The translations under genes were made by a program, and so were the position numbers. Shown here one piece after another: positions 1 to 11,268 of a DNA stretch of 64,000 nt (position 1 is its first letter; the number at the start of each line of letters is the position of its first letter). The notes beneath the pieces were generated by a model that saw only the letters and a list, made by a program, of their open reading frames with translations, did no database searches and was not told the DNA's origin. Source of the DNA: Selaginella moellendorffii (lineage: Eukaryota; Plantae; Lycopodiophyta); NCBI RefSeq assembly GCF_000143415.4, contig NW_003314292.1:381178-445177 (forward strand), written 5' to 3'.

Positions 1-790
1 GAAAGTTACCTATCGGTTAGTCCTTACGGACACTCCTTCCTTACTGCCACGACAGCAGGAAGTCGGTATTGCTAGACCCTTTATTAGTCCCTCATGTGCT
101 AGTGGAGTTAATTGGGCATTTCGAGTGTACTTAGATCGGATGAACATAAGGACGGAATTCCTACGTGTTATTAGCTAAGCATACTTAGCCTGGTAAAGAG
201 TTCCCGTCTCGTTTTATCTTACACTTGCTAGTGACAAGAACCCTCGCATATTGAGACTAGTCCCTCAATATTGCTATATGATAGCTTACCATGTCTGCCA
301 AACACCCTCGCTATCATGCCCTTCGTGTTAGTCTCATTTCGATCCTAAATGCTATTTATGGAATGTGTCTAGATTTGCTTATTTGGGATATCTACAGAAT
401 GTAGAGATTGGCCTGAACATAATGGTGTTTGTCCCGTGTCCAAATTTGCATTCTAGCGCTATTCCATATTTAGTAAGTTTCGAACTTGTTCAGGAGACTA
501 ACTCCTGATACTAAGGGAAGCTTGGGGTGAAAGCCCAAAGCGTATGCTCGGGAGTTGCTCTGTGGTTCGGTTTCGTCACTCCTTGGCTCCATACTTGGGA
601 GTTTGGTACCATTCCATTGTTCAATGGCTTAAGGCCTTGAAACTCAGGTTCCACACCACTGTCCTTTGGACACGTGGCATGTGATATGTGGCATTTATCA
701 CGTGGCACAAAGAGGGTTTAGGTTCCGCTTTGTGGTGTTATCCTATGGTAAATCACCATAGGATAAAGGGTAAAAACCACGTGCACTACA
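1..790 (+). repeat. Partial/degenerate LTR of an unnamed family ('family X')
   Basis: Homologous to 36954-38094 and 49896-50715; ends in the shared tail ...GGATAAAGGGTAAAAACCACGTGCACTACA at 790; start lies before the window. Confidence 0.7.
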
Positions 791-1455
791 CCGTTAGCAC
801 TTGAAGGAGATTGTTGGATGGAGAAGGTATGAAGTTAAGGTATTGACATTGCTAACATTTGTGTTAGTGAAAGTAGCATTGTAGTTTCAAGTGAAGAAGA
901 ATTTTCCTTAAACCTTAATTTTTCATGTCATTTTTTTATTAGTGTTTTGGCTTTATATTATATTTTGAAGGTGATTAAAGAAGAGTGTTAGTGCAATTTA
1001 GATATGTAAAGATATAGTCTTCATAATCAAATCTTAAATGTTCATTTTGCATTTTACAGATGTTAGTGTTAGATTAAAAAATATAGGCAAGATGTTCAAT
1101 ATTTAGGCATACTATTGGGTTATAAGAATTTGTTGAAGTGAAACCTATGTGAAGTTGTTAGTAGGAAGAAATTGGTTGAGTCTTGAAAGTTTGTATTCCT
1201 AAATTGGGAGTCATTCTTTCTCTAGAATGAAAAATTTCCATAAATTTTCTTAAACTTTTCCAATGGTTAATATGTTAACAAAAACCATTCTGTTTTCATA
1301 AGTTAGTACAAACTAGTGAAGGGGTTAGAGTTGACTTTGGTTGGATTAAATCTTAGTATGTAATTTGTATAATGCTATTGACTTTTTGGGGCTAAAGCAA
1401 TTGAGTTGGATAAAGTTTTGAGTTGATGTCACACAATGGTTGTTCCACTTTTCTA

Positions 1456-1555
1456 NNNNNNNNNNNNNNNNNNNNNNNNNNNNNNNNNNNNNNNNNNNNN
1501 NNNNNNNNNNNNNNNNNNNNNNNNNNNNNNNNNNNNNNNNNNNNNNNNNNNNNNN
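1456..1555. other. Assembly gap (100 N)
   Basis: Run of N. Confidence 1.
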
Positions 1556-1784
1556 GAATGGTCGTCTATATAAACCGTGCATCTTGTATATTATTAGACT
1601 CTATGATTTTACTGATCTTGATTTAGTCTTGATAGCTTTGCACTTTGGCTAAGTATGGTGATGTCCAACTTAGTTGTTTGAGGTTAAGATGTTAAACTTA
1701 GTTATTTGAGGTTGAGATGTTAGTACTTATACTATAACTTTGTTTATAAGGAGGTTGTGTACCAATATAAGTCCATCTTATAGT

Positions 1785-1978
1785 TGTAAGCTCCTGAGTT
1801 TGGACTTCCCGGGAGGTCACCCAACTCAATACTATTCAAACCTAAGGACACTTAACTCCAAATATCATAAAATCCTTAATCATTTAGAAAAGGGGGTGCA
1901 CTCTTATTCATGGCCCCTTTCCTTTTATATTTGAACCTTATGGACTGTCTCTTGAGTCGTTCCTTTTGGTTACTTACA
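1785..1978 (-). mobile_element. Solo LTR of Cassandra-like TRIM (194 bp)
   Basis: TG...CA ends, 5-bp TSD ATAGT (1780-1784/1979-1983), reverse complement of the 16048-16241 LTR including the 5S-like segment. Confidence 0.9.
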
Positions 1979-3127
1979 ATAGTCTTCACTTTAGTTTTGA
2001 CTAAGTGTTAATCATGCATAACTAGCCTCTTTAAGGCATGCTTAGTGTAGTTGACTAAACATGTTAATGAGCTTATTGCAATTTGACATGAACATAATAC
2101 CCTAGATATGAAATATAAGAACATAGACAAGCACAAACTAAATGACCATTCAAATCCAGACAAGTATATAACTCGATGGCATGAGTATAGTGTTTAGGTC
2201 TTATAAAAGGCAAGTTGAAGAGTGATTGTTAGTTGCTTTACAACTAGTGATTGCTTGTAAATTTTATTAAGAACTATTGACACTTTCCTCACTTAATAAA
2301 GATTTATTAGTGATGGGCTTGCTTTACCAAATAGTGTTGCAAAGGATCATGTCGTTTAAACTTACATAGTTTTTTCTTGTTAGCATATTGACTTTACCTC
2401 TGTCAATATCATTTTGTTGTGTTAGTTCATAGTGTTCAATTTCATCGAGTCTTGGACGTGGTGAATCACTCCTTGATAATATATTTTTTAAAACTGAGTA
2501 TTGTTGAAGTATTGGTCTCAGATACTAACTAAGGTATCTTCGACTTTGGTTAGATTAGTTGCTAAAGAGTTTTGAGTAATGATTTTCTTTTACTTTCTTC
2601 TAGCTTTGTACTGGTGTTGATGGCATTAAAGTGATGCCTTGTTGTTGACATTATTAATGTTGAAACTTGAGTGAAGTGAGATGTCTTTTTGTAGGAATGA
2701 TATTGAGTTTAATTAGTCTTAATGTAGATAGTGTTGATGATTTGGTTGTAACTTTATGTTATTGGCATTCATACATTGTTAGTTAGCAACTATGTTGTTG
2801 TTCAAATGAATTGAATGGCAAGTTGAGTTAATTGTGTTTTAGATGAGATTCTTTAGTAGGGTTTAAGCTTTAGCTTTTCCTTGAAAAGTTATTTAGTTGT
2901 GCTAACTTTATGAGAGGAAGAGTTAGTAATCGATATTGAAGATGTTAGTTCCTTATTGGATTTGAGTTGAGATATATCGATAATTATAGTATATATATAG
3001 GTTAGCCTTGTTCCATTTCTCCACAATCTGAATCAACACCAGTCGAAGGCTTCTTCTTTGTCTCCACTAGCTTTTCTCTTTGTCTTTTGTATTTTCTAGT
3101 CCTAATTTTGTTGAGGGTCTTGACAGT

Positions 3128-3143
3128 TTGATTCAGATTGTGG
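3128..3143 (+). promoter_or_regulatory. Self-priming primer-binding site (complementary to LTR 3021-3036)
   Basis: TTGATTCAGATTGTGG just after the LTR end is the exact reverse complement of CCACAATCTGAATCAA ~20 nt downstream of the LTR TATA run (2990-2999); no TGG-tRNA PBS. Confidence 0.8.
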
Positions 3144-3219
3144 CTTTTGCTTTTGCTTTAGCTCGTTTTGATTGTTTGATTGCCTTTGCCTTTTTCACCC
3201 TTTACTTTCTTCTTTGCCG

Positions 3220-4191
3220 ATGGAGTCTCCAAGACATCCTGATTCCTTCGCCGAAGTCCTTGCAAAAATCCAGTCTGAGAATACCGAGCTGAAGGCAGCC
3301 CTTCTTCACATGCAACAGGAGCTTGCTTCACTTTCGGCTCAAGCATCAAGTAGAGTTCCTGAACTGAAGGTGAATTTCCCAATGAAGTTCTCAGGCAAGC
3401 GTTCGAAGCTTTGTAGATTCCTAAACCAGATGGAGCTGATGTTCACACTTCAATATCAACGATACCCCACTCCTGAGTCTCAAATTAGCACAATTGGGAC
3501 GTTGCTTGAAGGTGCAACTTTATCATGGTTTTTTCCTCTCTTGGAGAAGAGCATGAAAGGGGTCATGGTTCCGGAGCTGATGGATCTTTAGTTGTTCAAA
3601 GAGAAGCTCGAAGCATGTTTTGGCAAGACAGATCGGGTTTGGGCTGCCACCACAAAGATGAGACATCTCTCTTAGGGGTCTCATCCTGCCTCGATCTATG
3701 CTGCAGAGTTCCAACTCTTTGCCTTGGACACTCAGTGGGATGAGCAGGCTCTGATTGATAAATTTCATTTCAGCCTCAACAACGGTATTAAAGATTTGCT
3801 GCTCACCATGGAGGATCCCACGGACCTGTCAGACGCTATCAACAAAGCTATTCGATGTGACAATCATCTCTTTGAACGTCGTCAGGAAAGTCACCGCACC
3901 GCCATTTTCCTGTCCCAGACTCAGAAATCCCAGCTTGAGTCTTCAGGGCATACTCCTAAACCTACTGCTCCGGTCCCAATGGATATTTCTGGTACTCCCC
4001 GACTCATCAGAGGGAAGCTGAATCCTACTGAGAAGCAATGTTGAGTATCTCAGAATCTTTACCTCTACTGTGCTAATCTTAATCACAAAGCAGCTGTGTG
4101 TCCCAAGAAGCCTCCCCAACTGCTTGAGTTCACTCTGCCTCAACGTCCACCTCTGTTACAATTGGGAAACGACCCTGTCCAAACAGAGTAG
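3220..4191 (+). pseudogene. gag: gag (retrotransposon capsid + CCHC-like knuckle) of copy A1, in-frame stops
   Basis: P.KFSG.R...FLNQ, LLEG.A..W, YLYCANLNHKAAVC; several TAG/TGA stops. Confidence 0.85.
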
Positions 4192-4210
4192 GAGCTGTCT
4201 GTTTAGACTC
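4164..4210 (+). promoter_or_regulatory. Putative -1 programmed ribosomal frameshift signal (G GGA AAC + downstream stem-loop)
   Basis: Slippery heptamer GGGAAAC at 4164-4170 in the gag phase, 6-nt spacer, then GTCCAAACAGA...TCTGTTTAGAC stem; pol continues in the -1 frame. Confidence 0.6.
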
Positions 4211-4670
4211 CCTAAATAAAAATCACTTTTCTTCTTTATCAAGCTCCTCACCATCTTTCATCAAAGCCACCACCAATTCCCACAACTTCCGCATCCCATA
4301 TCTCTTTTTTTTCACCGGACAATCAGCACTCAAGGCTCTAGCACTACTGGACTCGGGCGCAACTTCCTATTTTATGGACACGGACTTTGCTGTCCGACAT
4401 CACATTCCTCTTTCTCCTACCATATGTAAGGAACCAACTCCCAAAAGTGTTGTAGGCTAAAGAATCCCCAAAAGCACAATCGAAATGATAAAGAGTTCAT
4501 CGGATGGGACCGAGTCTAAGATCAAGTCCAAGACCGACTCTGAGACCGACTTCGAGATAGAGTCCAGGATCGAGCTCGAGGCCGACTCTAAGATTAAGTT
4601 CGAGACTGAGTTCGAGACAGAGTCTGAGATTCGAGAACTTAGCTAAAGCCTAGGGAACTTAGCTAAAGCT

Positions 4671-7011
4671 TAGGACCAACCTTCGAGCATCACCTTCAGG
4701 AACATAAAATTGCTCCCCACGGTACAACAAGCCATCTAAGAACTTGAACTCATCAAATCACCGGCAGTCGGGAGTCATTGGGTGTCCAGCCTGAAGATGG
4801 GGGAAAATGTCACTAGCGAGGTCATCGGATTGAAGATCATTTCTGATTGCATCCATCAAGGAGGAGTCCTGAGGGACCAGGGAAATTGCTATAACTTGAA
4901 GCTGATCAAGACTAAGGATAACCTAATTCTATTGATCGAAGACAGGATTACCAGGCCTGAGATTGAGATATGAGCATGTTGAAAGAGCATCAGGAAGGCC
5001 TTGAAGCTTTCCAGGTCTGTACTTGATAACAAAGTCAAACCGACTTAGGAATTGTGCCCACCTTGCCTAATGACAACTCAAAACTCGGGAAGTGGCAAAG
5101 TACTCGAGATTTTTGTGATCCATCCAGACCATTGTTTGATGGCTTGCCCCCTCCAAGAAATGACGCCACTCTCCAAAAGAATCCACGATGGCAAGGAGCT
5201 CCTTGTTGTGGATTTCGTAATTGATCTCCGCAGGTTGGAATTTCTGAGAATGGAAAGCGATCGGATGAAATTCTTGATCCACTCCGAGTTGAGATAGCAC
5301 AGCACCGATGACAAAGTCGGAGGCGTTAGCCTCGATGAAGAAAGGTTGTGAGGGATCAACATGGATCAAGACGGGAGCAGAACTGAAGGCCGCCTTGAGT
5401 GTGTCGAAGGCTTGCTGAGCAGCAGCAGACCAAGAGAAGGAAACATCCTTGCGAGTGAGATGCATGAGAGGAAGGACAATATCAGAGTAGTGATCAATGA
5501 ATTTGCAGTAAAAGTTGGCAAAGCCAAGAAAAACCTGAACGTCCAACATTGATTGTGGAGGCTCTCATTCGAGAATAGTCTTGACTTTGGCAGGATCCAT
5601 CATGATACCCTCAGGATTGACAATGTACCCAAGGAACTCAACCGACTCCTGATCGAAGGAACATTTCTCAAGCTTCGCGTATAGGCCGCATTCCTTCAGC
5701 TTCACTAGCACCTTGCACACATACTCATCATGCTCCTCCTGAGTTTTTGAGTAGATGAAGATGTCATCTAGGTAGACGATCACCATCTGATCAAGAAACT
5801 CTTGAAAGACGTTATGTGCCATATGTTGGAAAATTGCTGGAGCATTTGTCAAGCCAAATGGCATGACAGTGTAATCGAAGTGGCCATAGCGGGTTCAGAA
5901 TGCAGTCTTCTATTCATCACCAGACATCGAACATCTTTGTTGATGGCATTCGACAGGTCTATGGGATCCTCCATGGTGACCAATAAATCCTTGACACCGT
6001 TGTTGAGGCCAAAACGAAATTGATCAATCAAGGCCCGCTCATCCCACTGGCAAGGAGTTGGAACTCTGCAGTATAGATCGAGGCAGGACAAGACCCCTGA
6101 GAGAGACATCTCATCTTTGTGGTGGCAGCCCGAACCCAATCCGTCTCGCCAAAACATGCTTCAAGCTTCTCTTTGAACAATTGAAATTCCATCAACTCCA
6201 GAACCACAACCCCTTTAATGCTCTTCTCCATGAGAGGAGAAAACCATGACAGAACTGCACCTTCGAGTAATGTCCCAATTGTGCTGATTTGAGACTCGGG
6301 AGTGGGGTACCGCCGATGTTGAAGTGCGAAGATCAGCTCCATCTGGTTCAGGAATCCACAAAGCTCTAAATGCTTGCCTAAAAATTTCGCCGGAAAACTC
6401 ACCTTCGGTTCAAGAACTTTGCTGGATCCTTGAGCCGAAAGTGAAACAAGCTCTTGTTGCATGTGAAGAAGGGTCGCCTTCAGCTCAGTATTCTGAGACT
6501 GGATTTTTGTAAGGACTTCGGCAAAGAAATCAAGATGGCTTGGAGACTCCATCGGCAAAGAAGAAAGAAAAAGGGGGAAAAAAGGCAAAGGCAGTCAAAA
6601 CAATCAAAACGAGCTAAAGTAAAAAACGAAAAAAGCACAATCTAAACTAAACTGTCAAGACCCCTAACAAAATCAAGATTGGAGAATGCAGAAGACAAAG
6701 AGAAAAGCTAGTGGAAACGAAGAACAAGCCTTAGACTAGTGTTGATTTAGATTGTGGAGAAATGGAAAAAAGCTAACCTATATATACTATAGGTTGATGA
6801 AGCTCCACCACTCTTGGATTGAGGATAGCCTAAATATAGCTGAGGTCAAGGAGGCACCACATCATCATCAGGAATGTGGCTCGAGACTCAGGAATTGTAT
6901 GGGAAATCAGAGTCAGGAATAGGGAAGTGCCTCGAGAGTCAAGAATATGGTCTGTAGGTCAGGAATTCGGCGAGAGTTAGGAATGTGGCAAGAATTGGGG
7001 GATTTCTGACA
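4671..7011 (-). mobile_element. Tcn1-like chromovirus copy A3 (5' LTR, gag, RT/RNaseH; internally deleted and 3'-truncated)
   Basis: LTR 6653-7011; gag ORF 6028-6588; gag fused to RT at ~5935; [14 protein letters not shown] (5565-5864); RNase H (5067-5549). Confidence 0.85.
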
Positions 7012-10000
7012 GGTTGGGTCATCCAAGGCTCGATTGGATGTTTTAGAAGGACAATTGGCACAGACCAATGCCCTGCTGGAGACTCTCGTATGCAAGCTAA
7101 AGCGTGACGAGAAGTGCAAGAAAAAGTGAAAGATTGCAAATGCTGGCAGTGCAGAAGGTGCGGACTTTTCGATAAAGACTTAGGCAGAACCAAACAAGGT
7201 TGAACAGACAAAAGTGGAATCAGTCCCTCAAACAGTTCCCAAGTACAAACGAAAGCCCCCACCGGTCTTCAAGAGAGTGAATGACTATAAGGTGGTGGAG
7301 GATTGGTTTTACAATATGGAGGACTACTTCCAAGTGTTGTGGTTACTGAGCTCCAAAAAGGTCCCATATGCAAAACTATACTTGGCAGATAATGCCAAGT
7401 CTTGATGGAGAACGACAAAGGCCAATGAAAGACCGGTGGCCATTTGAGAAATGATGAAGGTGAGGATCCGCGCGACTTACGTTCTTTCGAATGCTACTCT
7501 GCATCTAAGGGATGAACTGAGTAGGTTGAAGCAGACCGGAACCATTCAAGAGTATGTGAATGGGTTTATAGCAAAGAGGATACTTGTCACGGATATGGGT
7601 GATATGGATGTGTTCCATGCCTTTATATCAGATTTGCAAACCTGGGCTTGCGGCAACGTGATGTATTGGAACCCGACCAACTACAAAGAAACGTTGGATG
7701 TGGCTATCAGGGTACATTTCAATGATAACTTGCGAAAGGGGAACACGACGAGGTCGGGGTCCACATTAAGCAAAGGGGCTAAACCAAGAGGAACATATGG
7801 CAAAGGGAAATTCAAGAAGAGTTTCTCTAAGAAGGAGTCCTCGGGGTTCTGGAAAGGCAAATCCGGTGGCCAGTGAGCAAGTACATGAGGGAGTCAAGCG
7901 AAAAGAGACAAACCCATGGATAAGAAGGTTAATTTGGCCAGTAACGTGGGAAATAACGTATGCTTCAATTATGGTGAAGCGGGACACTTTTCGAAGGAAT
8001 GTTTTTACCCAAAAAAGGCCAGAGCCAATATAGCTAGTAAATTGTGTGAAATCCAAACTAAGGTACGTGATCCAGTCCCTAGCTCAAAGTTACTCATTAC
8101 ACGAGCAACTTTGGCAGAGAGTCGTTCGTGACATTTACTAGCCCTCTGAGGGAAGCTCGAAGGTAGCTTTGTTAAAATCCTTATTGACACAGGTGCTTTA
8201 GATAATTTTGTGGCTGTAGACATAGTCTGGCAAGCCAGACTAATGGTGCAGCGGCTAGGTGAATCAAGGACTATAGAGTTTGTTAAAGGTAGCCAAAGCA
8301 CTGATGAGGTACTTCGACAAATGAGAGTTGAAATAGGGATATGGAAAGTAGAGATGGATTTCACTGTGTTGGATATGGTGGGATTTGATGTAATTTTTAG
8401 GATGGATTGGTTCAATCGGTTCGTAGTAGCCCTGCATGGACAAGGTAGGAACCTTGTGATACTAGCAAATGCTTGGGAAGAACGATCCATAAGATCTAAA
8501 AGTAAGGCAATGTAAGGCCAAAGACTCCTGCTTAAACTTGGTATCCACAAAAGAGCAACTCACTAAAGGAACCAAAGTAGCATTTTTGTGCCTACTCTCT
8601 GTGAAGAGTGACAAAAAGACGGGAATGGAAGAAGTACCTTTAGTGATCCGGTGGGTGTTGGACCAATTCCAAGATATCATACTAGAGGAGCTGGGGTTGT
8701 GCCCCGCACAACTGATAGAACATAAGATTGAGCTAGTTGAGGGTGCTAAGGTGGTGGTTCGTCCACCCTATTGGTTGAACGAAAAGGAACTCAAGGAGTT
8801 CAAACATCAACTTGAGGAGTTGGTGGAAAAAGAGTATGTTAGGTGAGCAAGTCATTGTATGTTACACTGATGTTATTTGTGAAAAAGAAAGATGAATCTT
8901 TGTGTATGTGCATAGACTACCAGTTGCTCAACAAGTATACAAAGAAGAACAAATACCCTTTACCAAGGATTGAGGACTTATTCGATAGGTTTGAAAAGGC
9001 AAAATACTTCTCGACGATTGATCTAAGATTAATATATTACCAGATCAGGGTAGCAAAGGAAGATGTCGAGAAGACAACTTATCAAACAAGGTATAGAAGC
9101 TTCGAGTTTCTAGTGATGTCCTTTGGGTTGTGCAATGCACTAACAACATTCTTAGCATTGATAAACCATATTTTTATACCCTATCTGGATCAGTTTGTTC
9201 CAAGCGATCCAGGAATGGGAACGACCATCAAATGTACACGAGTTAAGGGCATTCTTGAGGCTATGCAACTACTACCGAAAGTTTATCAAACACTATTTGA
9301 GAGTAGCTCTACCTTTAACGAACTAAATGGGAAAAGGGAAGATGGTATGAATAGCGGAATGTAAGGCAACATTCATTCACCTCAAAGGGAAGTTGAGGAA
9401 GGCTCCCATGTTGGTGTTACCAGACTTTGGTAAGGACTTTGAGGTAGAAACAGATGCTTCAGACTTTGCATTAGGTGCAGTGTTGAAGCAAGACAACCAT
9501 CCAGTAGCGTTCTTCTCGAAGAAGTTGGACAAGGCTCAGCAAAAATGGCCTGCCCACGAGAAGGAATTGTTTGCGGTGGTCAAGATGCTCAAGGAGTGGC
9601 AACACTACCTTGGGAAACACTTCAAAATTTATATAGATAATGTGGCAACGAAACACTTCTTGTCACAGCCTAACCTAAGAGGGAAATAGAGTCGGTGGGC
9701 CAATGCTTTGGCCAAGTTTGATTGTGAGATCCTGTATAAACCTAGGAAGAGCAACATTGTGGCGGATGTTCTAAGTCGAAAAGCGAGCTTGAAGTTGGCG
9801 ATATCTAACGCGATAGCAACCTTTTGGGATGATATGTGGATAGCATATGAGAACGATGGTCTAGCACAATAAGTGTTGCTGAGGAGCCAAAAGGCGCGGG
9901 AAGCTCACCAAAGAAGTGAGTTGCCAATAGAAGAGAAAACAAACTATGTAGAATGCAATGGACTCATCTATTATAAACAAACAAGGGTGTATGTTCTAAA

Positions 10001-10479
10001 AGGGGAACTAAAGAAGGTAACCTTAGAAGAGTATCACGACGGACATCTTGTGGGACACGGCAAAGTGCCCAAGATGATGGGCTTACTCAAAAGGAAGTAT
10101 CACTGGCCAAATATGGCTAAGGACATCCAAGACTATGTAAAAACATGTCCAACATGTCAGCAGGTTAAAGCCGTGACTAAGGCTAGTGGGGGCTTGTTAC
10201 AAAGCATCCCCATTCTAGATCATCCGTGGAAATGTCTTACGATGGACTTCATTATGAGACTAGGGGTTTGATGCGATATTTGTGGTGGTGGACCGATTTT
10301 CAAAGATGGTGCATTTCATACCCACCACAATGGAAGTAGATGCGGAAAGTGTGGCAAAGTTCTTCGAACAAGTGGTTCGAGTGCAAGGAAGGCTAGAAGA
10401 AATTATCTCAGACCGAGATAAGATCTTTACCAGTAGGTTCTAGAGAACTCTCCTAGAATACTATCGCACCAAGTTGAAG
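7012..10479 (+). pseudogene. Ty3/Gypsy gag-pol of a second family (probably element B), truncated in the integrase core
   Basis: LKQTGTIQEYV gag, CFNYGEAGHFSKEC knuckle, ILIDTGA protease, HKIEL/CIDY..LNK RT (YxDD region deleted ~9200), VETDASD RNase H, HHCC and MDFI/SDRD integrase; stops and frameshifts. Confidence 0.9.
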
Positions 10480-10500
10480 CTCTATTTCGTTAAAGTGGGA
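10477..10500 (+). repeat. 24-bp terminal motif, copy 1 (AAGCTCTATTTCGTTAAAGTGGGA)
   Basis: Identical to 20648-20671; located exactly at the Gypsy breakpoint. Confidence 0.9.
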
Positions 10501-11268
10501 TTTATTCAGTAAAATGGGACTAGGTACAAATTTTCAAGTATTTGAAAATGACGTGAAATTATATGTTTTTTGTCCAGGGGCTAGACATATCTGGGGCATG
10601 GTGACTAGCGCGGTGACTTTGTGTCCAGACTGAGTCCATCTGGTTGTATAATAAATCTCATTGTCAAGGTGAACAAGCCGAATCTGAAGCTAAAGAAGAG
10701 TGATGGCATGCGCGCACACACTATTTGTTTGTTCATTGAGTGCGTGGTGAGCTTTCCAAGATGAACGTCATTCCTATTAGCCAGACATATAACTTAATGG
10801 TGAGAACATTTAGATATTATTCAATGTTATCTTTTTCTAACGAATCTAATTGTGAAGGTGTAGCAAGAGGCATTGCTAGTCTGGAGAAGTCATTTAACTC
10901 ATTTGACCCTTAGTGTATTTTCATGAAACTAAATAACATTCATATTATTAAGGAATTTCTCTAGTACCTTTTTTTTACGACATAGAGGCTTGCATTTCTT
11001 TCAAAGGTGATTTAGTAAAAGGCCTGAGGGCACATGCCATTCTATTTCTCAGACCGGTATTAAGATATACTAGTGCAAAGGGAAAAAGGTATTTGGTGAT
11101 CAAGTAAATGGCATGAGGGCACACGCCATTATAAGCCTAAGCACTAGTGGACACCTCCTTTTTGGTGTCACGCCTCACGCCATCACGCCATGCCATCACG
11201 CCTCCTCTGATTCAGATTCGGATTGTTCACCTTGAAATAAAATACATTAGAAACTTAGTAAAGGAATA

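Larger units (their letters stand above)
791..2984. repeat. Highly decayed AT-rich interspersed repeat (TE relic), copy 1
   Basis: Colinear with 39290-40289 + 47856-48940 (e.g. 798 CACTTGAAGGAGATTGTTGGATGG vs 39292 CACTTGGAATAGATTGTTGGATGG); no usable ORF; family not identified. Confidence 0.65.
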
